A stretch of 64,000 nt of DNA from Octopus sinensis (Eukaryota). The DNA lies in NCBI RefSeq assembly GCF_006345805.1, contig NC_043011.1, positions 39,382,464-39,446,463 on the forward strand, read 5' to 3'. The position numbers and the translations under genes are program-made. Below the pieces are notes generated by a model, which saw only the letters and a list, made by a program, of their open reading frames with translations, ran no database searches and had not been told where the DNA came from. Positions 39,378 through 51,450 of this stretch are shown here, one piece after another; position 1 is the stretch's first letter, and each line of letters opens with the position of its first letter.

Positions 39378-40061
39378 GTGTTGCTGAAATGTTCCTGGAT
39401 TTAGGTAAAACAAAATACTGGAGGATCGGTTGTGATTTTATTCATAACCTCTCAGATTCACAGACTTATTGCAGTGGTCCTTCAGGTTTTCTAAGACCCG
39501 TAAAAGAACTTGGAAGGTTGGGCCTCCAACCAGCCCTTTCATGAAACCCTTAAAGCCAGGTGATCTAACTTGAAACCTTTCATCAAATTTTCATGTTAAT
39601 TTATGTTCCAAACACCAGTTTAATAAATACAGTTATTTTACTAAATCCTTCATTATTTTCAAAATTAATTGAGACCAAAATTTTATGCTCTTGTTGTGTT
39701 ATTTTCCACAGACTAATGAAGACAAAGTTATTTTACTAAATACTTTTTTTATTTTTCAAAATTTCAAAACTGAAACAAAGGCAATGTAAGTCAAGAGAAA
39801 TATGGTAACAAAAGAGTTAAAGTGATCTAAATTTAAACCTCCCATCAAAATTTCATGTTAAATTCTGTTCCAAAGACCAGACTAATAAAGACCAAGTTAT
39901 TTTGCTAAATCTTTCGTTATTTTCAAAATTAAGTCAAACAAATGCAGTGCATCTCAACAGAAATATCGTAATAATTGGTTTAAGTATCTTCGAAACTGAA
40001 TCTGTGCTTGAAGATACGCCAATTGTATATGTGTGTGTGTGCTTTAGGTATGAGTCTTTTC

Positions 40062-40134
40062 ATTTCTGTTGCCTAATGGATAAGGCGTCTAATTTTGAAT
40101 CAGAAGATTGTGAGTTCGGGTCTCGTCGTGGTCG
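40062..40134 (+). tRNA. tRNA-Arg(TCG)-derived pseudogene
   Basis: GCCTAATGGATAAGGCGTCTAATTTTGAATCAGAAGATTGTGAGTTCGGGTCTCGTCGTGGTCG follows the eukaryotic Arg-TCG template. The 5' acceptor strand is lost and the anticodon loop has decayed from CTTCGGA to TTTTGAA. Confidence 0.75.
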
Positions 40135-40425
40135 ATTTATTAGCTTTTTATTTTGTCCGTGCCTATGGCACATAAAAAGCACCATCCAATCGTGGCCGTT
40201 GCCAGCCTCCTCTGGCCTCTGTGCCAGTGGCACTTAAAAAGCACCTACTACACTCACAGAATGGTTGGCATTAAGAAGGGCATCCAGCTGTAGAAACACT
40301 GCAAGATCAGACTGGAGCCTGGTGCAGCCTCCTGGCTTCCCAGACCCCGGTTGAACCATCCAATCCATGCTAGCATGGAAAACGGACATTAAACAATGAT
40401 GATGATTTGCAATATAACTTTCAAT

Positions 40426-40753
40426 TGTGAAGGTGCATAGCTTATTGATTAGAGCATTTGACTCGCGATTGTAAGGTCGTGAGTTCAATTCCCAGTGACG
40501 TGTTGTGTCCTTGGGCAAGACACTTTATTTCACATTGCTCCAGTCCACTCAGCTGGTGAAAATGAGTTGTACCTGTATTTCAAAGGGCCAGTCTTGTCGC
40601 ATTCTGTGTCATGCTGAATCTCCCTGAGAACTACATTAGGGATACATGCGACTTTGGATTGCTCAGCGACTTGCACACTAATTTCATGAGCAAGCTGTTC
40701 TGCTTATCATATCAGCTGTGACCCTCGTCGTTGTAACCGACGGAGTGCTCCCG
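40426..40753 (+). mobile_element. tRNA-derived SINE
   Basis: 13-bp duplication TATAACTTTCAAT at 40413-40425 and 40754-40766; shares head and tail with 37894-38280. Confidence 0.85.
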
Positions 40754-41126
40754 TATAACTTTCAATACCAAATAATACACACACATTCATCTTACATGTG
40801 CAGGCATAAATAACCTGTGTACTGTTATGCTGTCATGGAAGAACAGAACAGATTGAATAAATAATACTGTATTGTAATAATAGTACTGTATGAAATGTTC
40901 CTTCTTCAAAAAAAACCTGGCACCTCTATGGTTCTCTTATTCCCCTAAACTTCAAAAGACTAAGTTGGCTTGCTAGGCCAAACCATCAGCATCACCACCA
41001 CTGCCAAAACCACCAGCCAATAATCGCTAATCCATACTCAAGATTAAGTTATTTAACCAAGAAATTAAATTATTGATACAGAATGCAAGAGAATAGTATA
41101 TGTATGTTTGTGTGTACGTATATATA

Positions 41127-41510
41127 TCTCTCTCTATATAAACGGCAGTTTGTCTGTGCGTTTTCTGTGTGTCTGTTTTCTCGTACACTCACTCTGACCA
41201 CGGCTTTCAACCGATTCTGATGAAACTTGACACACACATAGCCCAATGTCATAATTCAAAACTAACGCAGCGAAAATTTTGAAAAGTTCCCCCAGTTCTG
41301 AAAAAAATCGATAAATTCGACATGGGGTCGAGAATCAGAAACCCAAATCACAGACCGTCTCGGGGACGCAACTCCACCTTTTTTAACTCTCAAAAAAAAT
41401 TTACCATCATTTTTTTTCCATTTTTTTGCTATTTTTTGGCTATAACTCTCTAAAAATGCTTTATAGTTATTTCCCTTACAAACCTGAGCAACGCCGGGCG
41501 ATACTGCTAG
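41127..41510 (+). mobile_element. Non-autonomous Helitron
   Basis: Starts with TC after A, ends with CTAG before T, subterminal hairpin CCTGAGCAACGCCGGG, no target-site duplication. Confidence 0.75.
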
Positions 41511-41550
41511 TATATAGATATATGCATACATCTTTGTGTGTGCAGATATC

Positions 41551-41583
<33 letters not shown>

Positions 41584-42222
41584 GTATTTATATATTTATG
41601 TATATGTGTGTATATACATGTGTGTCTATATATATATATTTATGTATATGTATAAATGCGTGTTTATACATGTGTGTATGTATATATTCATGTATGTGTA
41701 TATGTCTATATACATGTATTCTTTTACTTGTTTCAGTCACTTGACTGTGGTCATGCTGGAGCACCGCCTTTAGTCAAACAAATCAACTCCAAGACTTATT
41801 CTTTGTAAGTCTAGTACTTATTCTATCAGTCTCTATTGCTGAACCACAAAGTTACTGGGACGTAAACACACCAACATTGGTTGTCAAGCGATGGTGGGGA
41901 ACAAACATAGACACACACACACACACATATATACATACAATGGTCTTCTTTCAGTTTCCGTCTCCCAAATCCACTCACAAGGCTTTGGTTGGCCCGGAGC
42001 TATATTAGAAGGCACTTACCCAAGATGCCATACAGTGGGACTGAACCTGGAACAGTGTGGTTTGGAAGCAAGCTTTTTACCACACATCCACTCAAGTGCC
42101 TCTTACCACACACCCAATACATCAAGCGTATCAGGACAATTAATCCCCCCAACAACGACTACCCCCTAGGACAATACACCCCCCTTGGTTAAATACCCCC
42201 TCTCCAATATGTTAAGTTTTAA

Positions 42223-42443
42223 CCCTCTAGTGTTCGCATTATTCTGCCAAAATTAATCCTTTTTTATCCACTTTGCCTTGAACTAATCATGCATTATCTT
42301 GTAGCTTTGAGATTTTGATGAGGTAGCTGTTCATTTTTAAAACAATATTGTAGGGCTGGTGTGAGAGACCAGATCTGGCCAATTTGAACATAAAACAGGC
42401 AGAATACTTTTGGCCGGATATGGCCGGTTTGAATGCTAAAGGG
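42223..42443. mobile_element. TTAA-specific MITE (third family)
   Basis: TTAA-CCCTCTAGTGTTC ... GAATGCTAAAGGG-TTAA. Related pieces near 11770-11935, 54920-55022 and 62343-62480. Confidence 0.7.
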
Positions 42444-43140
42444 TTAAATCATCACCTGTTACTCTCAGGGGTAATTGTCTTTGGTGGTGTTATTGTCCAT
42501 GGGGTTAAATATCCTAGATTCACATTGAGATGTGTATATACATGGAGGAGTCAATCACGCCTACATGTGGGGAGTGGCTGCTGCTGAAAACATAATGCTG
42601 AAGGATTAACAGAACCTTTAGAACCAGACATTTCCCAGACTACTCTTTTTCCGAAGATGGGCCTTTGTACCAGGAATATAAAGGGTTTTGTTAAACTTTA
42701 TGCATTGTCAGAAGCTTGTCTATTTTTCCTTTTTCCACTTTTACAATGCTTCAAGTGAACTACAACACTGTTACATCTATATGTGTTTGCATACATGTAT
42801 AACTGTATTTATACATATGTGTATGTATATGTGTGTATGTATTTGTATACATATATGTGTATATGTATGTGTACGCATACGTGTGTATATATATATGGAT
42901 ACATATATACGTGTGTATATATATATGGATACATATATATGTGTGTATGTATATGTATACATATATATGTGTGTATGTATACATGTGTGTGTATATATAT
43001 GTATGTATACATATGTGTATGTATATATATGTATGTATAAATATGTGTATGTATGTGTGTATACACATGTATACAAATATATATGTATACATATATGTAT
43101 GCATGTATATGCATACATATATGTGCATGTATATACATAC

Positions 43141-43201
<61 letters not shown>

Positions 43202-43916
43202 TACATATATTCATACATATATGGAAGGCCATCATATATCTGCAACTTCTGAATATCAACAACAGATGTTTTGCATTACTATATGAGGGAGGGAGAGAGA
43301 GTTCCGGAAAGACCTGCATTCTCCTGAAGAACTCTTGTCTGTTTACATGTTTCGTGTTTTATAGTTAATTTATTTCTGTGTGTTTCCCTTTTGAAAAATT
43401 CTATATATTTATTTATTTGTCTCGTTTCTGGTTCGTCTCTCAGTTAATTATTTCTCCTTTTGAAGTTTCACGATCTGGTCGCTTTGAAGTTCCATGAAAC
43501 TTAACCCCCCACCCCCAACCTCTTCATCCTCATCCTCATCATTATTGTGTTTACTGTTGTTTCTATAAATTCTGGTGCATTGTGGAAACGGTGACGAAAA
43601 AGTGTGCTTCGTGTATTTGTCAGGCAGTCGCCATTCCCACTTTTGCCTCCACCTCCGCCCCTACATCCTCCTCTTACTCTTCCTCCTCCCACCCTAATTC
43701 CCATACCCACAAGACTTTTGGTCGACCCGAGGTTTATACATACATACATACATATATGAAATATAACCTGGTGCAACCCTTTGGTTGGTCTGTTCTTATT
43801 GAAGCATCTAACTCATGCCAGCATGGAAAAGGAGATGTTAAATGATGATGGTGTGTGTTTATGTGTGTCTATATACATATATACACACACACAAATATAT
43901 ATATATATATATATAA

Positions 43917-44050
43917 TTTTTTTCTCTCCTTGTTTCTTTCTGTGGAAGAGCGTAGGCTCGAAACGTAAATTCCCAAGCGTTATACTAATACATCTGTTTG
44001 TCTTCTACACCATTTGTCTTAATCTTTTGTTTTTTTCATGAATTCTCCCT
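43917..44050 (+). mobile_element. Family 2 hammerhead-like repeat, copy 3 (partly deleted)
   Basis: TCTTT-CTGTGGA-A-GAGC-GTAG-GCTC-GAAAC-GTA-AA at 43935-43969; (TA)n flanks. Confidence 0.55.
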
Positions 44051-44654
44051 GTATATATATATATAATCTTATTCTTATATTTACGTACATACATAGATAG
44101 ATATATGTGTATATGATACGGTGTAATATAATATAATGAGATATCATCATTGTAAGGTTAGAAAACCCGTAATAATGGGTCTGAAAGTAATGAGAATGAA
44201 GATTGATATGTAAAAAAAAAATGTGTTGTTATTTTTAAAAAATATATACCAATAAACAAGTGCACAAGCATAATATATATATATATATATATAATATATA
44301 TATAATATATATATATATATATGCATACACACGTGTATATATATATTTACATAAACACTTTAACATATACACACACAATGGCAATATATACCGTAATGTA
44401 TTATTAGACAATGAATGAATTTGAACACAAGATTATATTGTCAGTATGATGGAGATATATATTAGAGAGAAAATAGGCCTGCCCACACCATAGGTCTAGG
44501 GGGTGCGTAATTATGAGGTTTGTAATGACAATATTATAGGCATAATGTGTGTGTGTGGCAAGGTATAATGATGTCTTTTTGAAAGGTGTTTGCTGAGGGA
44601 ACGGTTTTATATCCCAATTTCAGGTTGCCAGTTTGTAATATTTTAACTGGGTTT

Positions 44655-44678
44655 ATATGGCTTCATTGTTGTATACAT

Positions 44679-44744
<66 letters not shown>

Positions 44745-44774
44745 ATATATATATATATATATATATAATGTATG

Positions 44775-44819
<45 letters not shown>

Positions 44820-44849
44820 ATATATATATATATATATATATAATGTATG

Positions 44850-44928
<79 letters not shown>

Positions 44929-45207
44929 ATACATATATATATATATATATGTATGTATATACATATATATATATATATATGTATGTATATACATATATAT
45001 ACATATATATGTATGTATATACATATATATATATACATATATATATATACATATATATGTATGTATATACATATATATATATACATATATATGTATGTAT
45101 ATACATATATATATATACATATATATGTATGTATATACTATATATATATATATATATATACATATATATGTATGTATATACATATATATATATATATTAT
45201 ATGTATG

Positions 45208-45255
<48 letters not shown>
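44655..45255. repeat. Long (TA)n/(TATG)n microsatellite
   Basis: Direct inspection. Similar arrays at about 23180-23720, 42770-43220 and 59570-59900. Confidence 0.95.
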
Positions 45256-45256
<1 letters not shown>

Positions 45257-48200
45257 CAGTCACTTAATTTTTTTGCCAATCACAAAACGCTTCAAGTTAT
45301 GAGATATATCCAATTTTCAACAAAGAATATTTAAGAAACAGAAATTTCTTTAGGAAATATTTTCAGCCCTCCGGCGGCATTTGTCTGTGATTACTATCAT
45401 CTTGTTCTTGATTTACTTAGCTCCCTTCGGCTATTAGCACCTGCTCTCACACACACACACACACCACACACACACACAGCAAGCATTCAGGAATCCACTT
45501 ATGACTACTTTATACACAAAGCAAAGCAATTTTCAGTTTTAAATTATTAGATATAACTTTTTTTACTTTTGTTTTCTACGTACTTTGTTTGAGGTTCTTA
45601 AGTGTACAGTAAGATTATCTGTAATAACTAGGAAATATGTAGAGACTTGGAAGACTTTTAACAAGCCCTGTTTATGGCCTAGATTTCAGTTTTAATCTAA
45701 ACCATTTATTTGTAGCAGTTTTTACTATACATGGCTAAGTGTCCATGGTATTCAGTTCACAATCGTAAAGCCATGAATTTGATTCCTGGTGGCATGTTCT
45801 GTCCTTGAGCAAGACACTTCAATTCTTGTTGCTCCTGTCTATTCAGATGGCGAAAATGAGCTGCACCTATAATTCAAAGAGCCAGCCTTGTTACTCTCTT
45901 TGTCTTGCTGAATCTCTTTGAGGGTACACAGGTCTGTGGAGTACTCAGCCACTTGCACATTAACCATTTGCATGCTGAAGGTGAATCATGTAGCCATATG
46001 TTGAGAGGAATTCTTTGGGGGTTTGGATAATTCACTTCTGGAAACACAGGTATTCCGTTCAACATCTTTAAACAACCCTTATTCAGGGAGCTTTTGAGCT
46101 GGATGGGTTACTCGACCTGAAGAAAATGCTAACTGGGCCCCACCTGCAAGGTGATGCACGGTTTATCTTGATATGAGATCACCATGTCACGCACATATGG
46201 TTGTGATGTATGTGCTTTGTGTACCCTTATCAGATGGGTAGTCATGACAGGTATACTGGGCTTCATATATTTTACCCCAGTGTCACTTTAATGGTATGCT
46301 CTGCTCTCTCACTCAATAATAATAATGATAATTCTTTCTTGTTTTGGCAAAAGATAGCAGTTTTAAAGGAAAGGGGTGAGTCAATTATATTGCCCCTCAG
46401 TTCTTGACTGGTTCTTGTTTGACCCCACAAGAATGAAAGGCAAAGTCGACCTCAGCAACATTTGAACTTAGAAGAAATGCCAGTAAGTATTATGACCAAT
46501 GCACTAGCAATCCTGCCAACTCGCCATCTTACTTGTAATAATTATAACAACAACAACAACAGCAGCAGTTTATTAATTATGTATTAATATATAACTGTTG
46601 GCAAATTTCTATATATTTGGTATTTGCGTTAGTTGATAAATAGTCTTTGAAGTCTCTATTTCCTCTGATCTTCCGATACTGGACAGATTTTCTGAGATAT
46701 ATATCAGAAATGGTGAAATACATAGCCATATTTTGCTTCTATTGTTTATTTACTAGCAACAAGTACCTAATAAGTGTCAACTGATGATTTAAATTCTATT
46801 TTAGTGTCTCTTCTACTTTTAGAAATTGATTTCTCCCTCTCTCTCTTTCTCTCTCAAATCTGATTTTCTTCACCATAGCCTAAAGAACTAACGTGTGTGA
46901 ATAATGTCTCAAAGGTTAGGTATTTCACTTGAACCTTTGTTTTTTAAAACAATGCTATTGGAAAAACTAGGGTGTGTGTGTTCATTTGCTCAACCGCAAA
47001 ACCTTCAAGCTGATGCCCCAGCATGGCTGCAGTCCAATGACTGAAACAAGTAAAAGAAAAGAAGGAAAAGAAAACTAATATTCTTTCTACTCCAGGCACA
47101 AGGCCTGAAATTTTTGACCCCAGTATGAAACTGGTACTTAATTTATCGACCCCGAAAGGATAAAAGGCAAAGTCGACCTCAGAGGAATTTGAACTCAGAA
47201 CATAAAGACAGACTAAATCTTGCTAAGCATTTCTTTTTTACTCTAGGCACAAGGCCTGAAATTTTGTGGGAGGTGCCCAGTAGGTTAGATCGACCCCAGT
47301 ATGCAACTGGTACTCAATTTATCCACCTCAAAAAGATGAAAGGCAAAGTTGACCTTGGGGGAATTTGAAATCAGAGCATAAAGACAGACGAAATACCGCT
47401 AAGCATTTCACCCAGCATGCTAACGTTTCTGCCAGCTCGCTGCTTTGCCAAATTCACTATATTCTTTTCTAATTTAGGCACAAGGCCCTTAATTTTTGGG
47501 GAGGTGGGGGGCAGTCGATTAGTGGTACTCAACTGATCGACTCCGAGAGGATGAAAGGCAATGTTGACCTCAGCAGAATTTGAACTCAGGATATACAGAC
47601 TGATGAAATACCTATTTCTTTACTACCCACAAGGGGCTAAACACAGAGAGGACAAACAAAGACAGACAAGCGAATTAAGTCGATTATATCGACCCCAGTG
47701 CGTAACTGGTACTTATTTAATCGACCCCGAAAGGATGAAAGGCAAAGTCGACCTCGGCGGAATTTGAACTCATAACGTACAGACAGACAGACGAAATACC
47801 ACTAAGCATTTCACCCAGCATGCTAACGTTTCTGCCTGCTCATCGCCTTGGAAACTAACAATATTGAAAATGTGTTTGTTTTAGAAATGATATTTTGTTA
47901 GGAGATTACTGGAGTGCGGCAAATCACAATTTTGAAAAAATAATCAACAACAAATATCGTTATATTTGGGAAGTGTCATAATTAATACTGCTTAAAAGCA
48001 AACACATTGATTGGTTGTTGCTTGTTTATATTCCACTTTTTCTTTTACCATGTTGTTGATGTTTTGTTTCACAACTGTTTTTCCATGTTTGCCTGAGTCT
48101 GATGGAATCTGTTGAAGTGGGTTTTGTCGAGCTGTATGTCGTTCCTTTCACCAACCCTTGTTTGTTTTCAGAGAAGGTCGCGCCTCCTCGTGGAAGGCTG

Positions 48201-48661
48201 GAAATGAATGCTAGCACTCCTGCGATAGTGATATTCGGTTACAACCCATCATGTAATATCAGAATGAGGAGCCACAAACACACTCACACACATACAAAAG
48301 CACATACACAAACACACACACAAAAAAAAACACATGCACATACATACTCATACACATACATACACATGCACACGCATACGCACATATATATATACACATG
48401 CATGCACCCCTACTTACACATACTCGCACACACATACATACACACACACACACATTTGCTCAAAGTGTTATATAATAGGTGTAGGAGTGGCTGTGTGGTA
48501 AGTAGCTTGCTTACCAACCACATGGTTCCGGATTCAGTCCCATTGTGGGGCACCTTGGGCAAGTGCCTTCTATTATAGTCTCAGGCCTTGTGAGTGGATT
48601 TGGTAGACAGAAACTGAAAGAAGCCTATCATGTGTGTGTGTGTATGTATGTATGTGTATAT

Positions 48662-48721
<60 letters not shown>

Positions 48722-49131
48722 TATATCATGTATATATGTGTCTGTGTTTGTCCTGCCACCATCGCTTGACAATCAATGTTGATGTGTTTGCGTCCCCGTA
48801 ACTTAGCGGTTTGGCAAAGGAGACCAATAGGATAAGTACTAGGCTTACAAAGGATAAGCCCTAGGGTCAATTTGTTTGATCCAGCATGGCCACAGTCAAA
48901 TGACTGAAACAAATAAAAGATAAAAAATATATATTATAGGTGTAGGTGTGGCTGTGTGGTAAGAAGTTTGCTTCCCAACTGCATGGTACGAAAGGATGAA
49001 AGACAAAGTCAACCTTGGCAGAATTTGAACTCAGAACATAAAGGCAGACGAAATACCGCAAAGCATTTTGTCCAACATGCTAACGATTCTGCCAGCTCAC
49101 TGCCCTTAAGTCTATCATTAGTCTATATTAA

Positions 49132-49581
49132 CCTTTTTTTACAATATTTCTGTTGTGATGCTCTGTGTTTCTTTCATTTAATTTTGAATATAATAAAGAA
49201 TTAAGTAAAATAACTTAGTTATCATTAAGCTGTGTGGAGGCGCTTAGCTTAGTGGTTAAGGTGCTGAACTAATGATCATAAATAAGGTTGTGGTTTCGAT
49301 TCCTGGACCAGGCGATGTGTTGTGTGCTTGAGCAAAACACTTCAACGGACCGGCGTCCCGTCCAGGTGGGGAATTTCTACACCACTGAAACTGGGAAACT
49401 GGCCCTTATGAGCCTGGCATGGCTCGAGAAGGAACATTTATTTTATTTTATCATTAAGCTAGTGTTACAAACATAAATTGCGACTAAAGTTTGGTGGAAG
49501 ATTTTAATTTAAAACTTATGAAAACAAGACATTCGTACTACAGAGCCAGAGGTGGTTTCAACTGAGTTTGTATCAAAAGGG
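49132..49581. mobile_element. TTAA MITE interrupted by a SINE (49232-49449)
   Basis: Both MITE halves match 30270-30489; the SINE is flanked by the 11-bp duplication ATCATTAAGCT (49221-49231 and 49450-49460). Confidence 0.8.
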
Positions 49582-49730
49582 TTAATGTTGTCTAAATTAT
49601 AAGCCAAAACCTAGACAAAAATCTTATCTCTGCTACTCAACTTGTGAATGATGAAAAATGAACTTAATATTTCATTTATGACAGTTGTTTTTCATTTGTA
49701 AGTTTGTTTTTTTCCTTTTTTTTCTTTCAG

Positions 49731-49854
49731 TGGTGGCTCTCACAACTGGGGATGGGCCTCTGGTGGTTGCTCAATATTGGCAGAATTTGGTTCTATCCAC
49801 TTGGAATTCATATACTTGTCTAATATCACAGGCAACAAAATTTATGAGCAAAAG
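49731..49854 (+). CDS. MAN1A: Internal exon (124 nt, phase 2 to 0) of GH47 Golgi alpha-1,2-mannosidase
   Basis: Polypyrimidine tract plus ttctttcag acceptor, gtatgt donor. Translates GGSHNWGWASGGCSILAEFGSIHLEFIYLSNITGNKIYEQK, matching MAN1A [26 protein letters not shown]...K. Phase joins the previous exon in frame. Confidence 0.95.
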
Positions 49855-49951
49855 GTATGTAATTCTTAATAATGCTCTGCACATCACCCTTCTCCTGTTG
49901 TCTATATGCTGTCTATGTCTGTCTATCTCTCCTGCTTTTTCTTTTGTTTAA

Positions 49952-50173
49952 CTCATTAAGACCCACTGTCCCATAAATAGGACACTACATGAGAACATTA
50001 AATAAGCTATATCACATTGTCTTCGTGTCCTATTTATAGGACACCAAGTATTTCCATTTCTACGTGAAGTAAAAGAGTTTTAATAATTATTTTTTTCATT
50101 TTAACCTGTTTTCAATCATTTGTAAAAATTTGGAAGTAATTTTCAGAAATTCAAGTATCTGGAACTTCATGGG
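49952..50173. mobile_element. TTAA-specific MITE, inverted copy of 12974-13193
   Basis: TTAA flanks; reverse-complement identity to 12974-13193. Confidence 0.8.
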
Positions 50174-50321
50174 TTAAATGGGCAAAGGCAGTCCTTCTTT
50201 TTACAGACCTAAGTATCCTAGTGTATGTCTGTGTGAAGAGGATTCCTTACTGCACTGGAATTGAGTATACTCAGCTCCGTGCATCTGCACGGAACTCATT
50301 TTTGATAGTGGAGTACTTTCT

Positions 50322-50398
50322 GGAATTTTATTTTTATTTATTTTATTTTATCTAGTTTCAGCTCACGAGCTGTGGCCATGCTGGGGCACCGCCATTTG
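50322..50398 (-). mobile_element. Extremely 5'-truncated copy of the CR1 at 13500-13905
   Basis: Reverse complement CAAATGGCGGTGCCCCAGCATGGCCACAGCTCGTGAGCTGAAACTAGATAAAATAAAA, near-identical to 13845-13900. Confidence 0.75.
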
Positions 50399-51077
50399 TC
50401 CGTTTTTGCATATGACATAGTACACACATTTCATTTTTATTTTATTTTTTTCTGGTCAATACAAAGAGGTTTGCGAGAACTGATTTGCATATGATTAGCA
50501 TGTTGCATTACCAGTGCATGAGATGTATTTAATCAACACAATGAGTCCCTTAAAAGAATCCCTTGTGATTAGTGCCATTAATGCTTGGGAATCATTGAAG
50601 ATTAATGGTTGGGGATTTGATTTTGCCACAGACAGTCAAAGACATGCTGTTCACAGCTTTCTGTGGGAGTGTTTGAAACAGCATTAGTGTCACCTCAGAT
50701 AATCTTCGTTGACTACAGTAATTAAATAAGTATATAAATAGAACCACTAGAAGTGAATGAGTTTTTTTGTTAGATTTTTCTTTACCAAAATCATCATGCA
50801 TCCATTTTTCCATGCTTACGTGAGTCAGATGGAAGTTGTTGAGAAAGATTTTTCTGTGGCTGGATGCCCTTCCTCTTATTTCTTTATTGCCCACAATGGG
50901 CCGAATATAGAGGGGACAAACAAGGACAAAGGGATTAAGTTGATTGCATTGACCCTGAAAGGATGAAAGGCAAAGCCAACCTCGGCGGAATTTGAACTCA
51001 GAACGTAAAGACAGACAAAATACCACTAAGCATTTTGCCCGGCATGCTAACGTTTCTGCCAGCTTGCCACCTTTCAA

Positions 51078-51450
51078 TATTGACGAGAGGCTGTACACCT
51101 TGGAGACCTGCTGCAGATGGTGGGACTGACTCAAGAGCTGTGAATCGTTACAGACCTGGATTTTCCAGGGCTGCCAAAAGCACACCAGACACCGCCCGAG
51201 ACGCGGTGCTCTACAGGCACCATATCCGTATCTCTGAACAAGCCAATTCCACAGACGCGAATCTTTACAAAGAAGAGGGAACTCTTCCCGGGGCTCCTGG
51301 CAACATCTTTGGGCTCGCTTGCATTGCCACTGCTTCGCCCAGCCACCAGCTTTGACGACGGACACGCTGCATTCCCGCCACCGGACGAGCACTCTCTGAG
51401 TTCAGGTTCAGGAATGTTAACCCGATTCCCTTTCACTGCCCTTCCTCGTG
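51078..51450 (-). pseudogene. Dispersed 28S rRNA fragment (D7 region)
   Basis: Minus strand has TGAAAGGGAATCGGGTTAACATTCCTGAACC ... AGCCCCGGGAAGAGTTCCCTCTTCTTTGTAA ... CTGGAAAATCC ... ATCTGCAGCAGGTCTCCAAGGTGTACAGCCTCT, collinear with conserved eukaryotic LSU blocks. Isolated between SINEs. Confidence 0.9.

Noticed and set aside
44653-45302. Long Tyr/Ile/Met/Cys/Val-rich ORFs in all frames (also at 23183-23761, 42688-43368 and 59521-60081)
   Set aside because: Translations of (TA)n, (TG)n and (TATG)n microsatellites, which have few stop codons in some frames.
50592-51436. 266-aa and 101-aa minus-strand ORFs
   Set aside because: They run through a 28S rRNA fragment and SINE B; there are no protein motifs or splice context.
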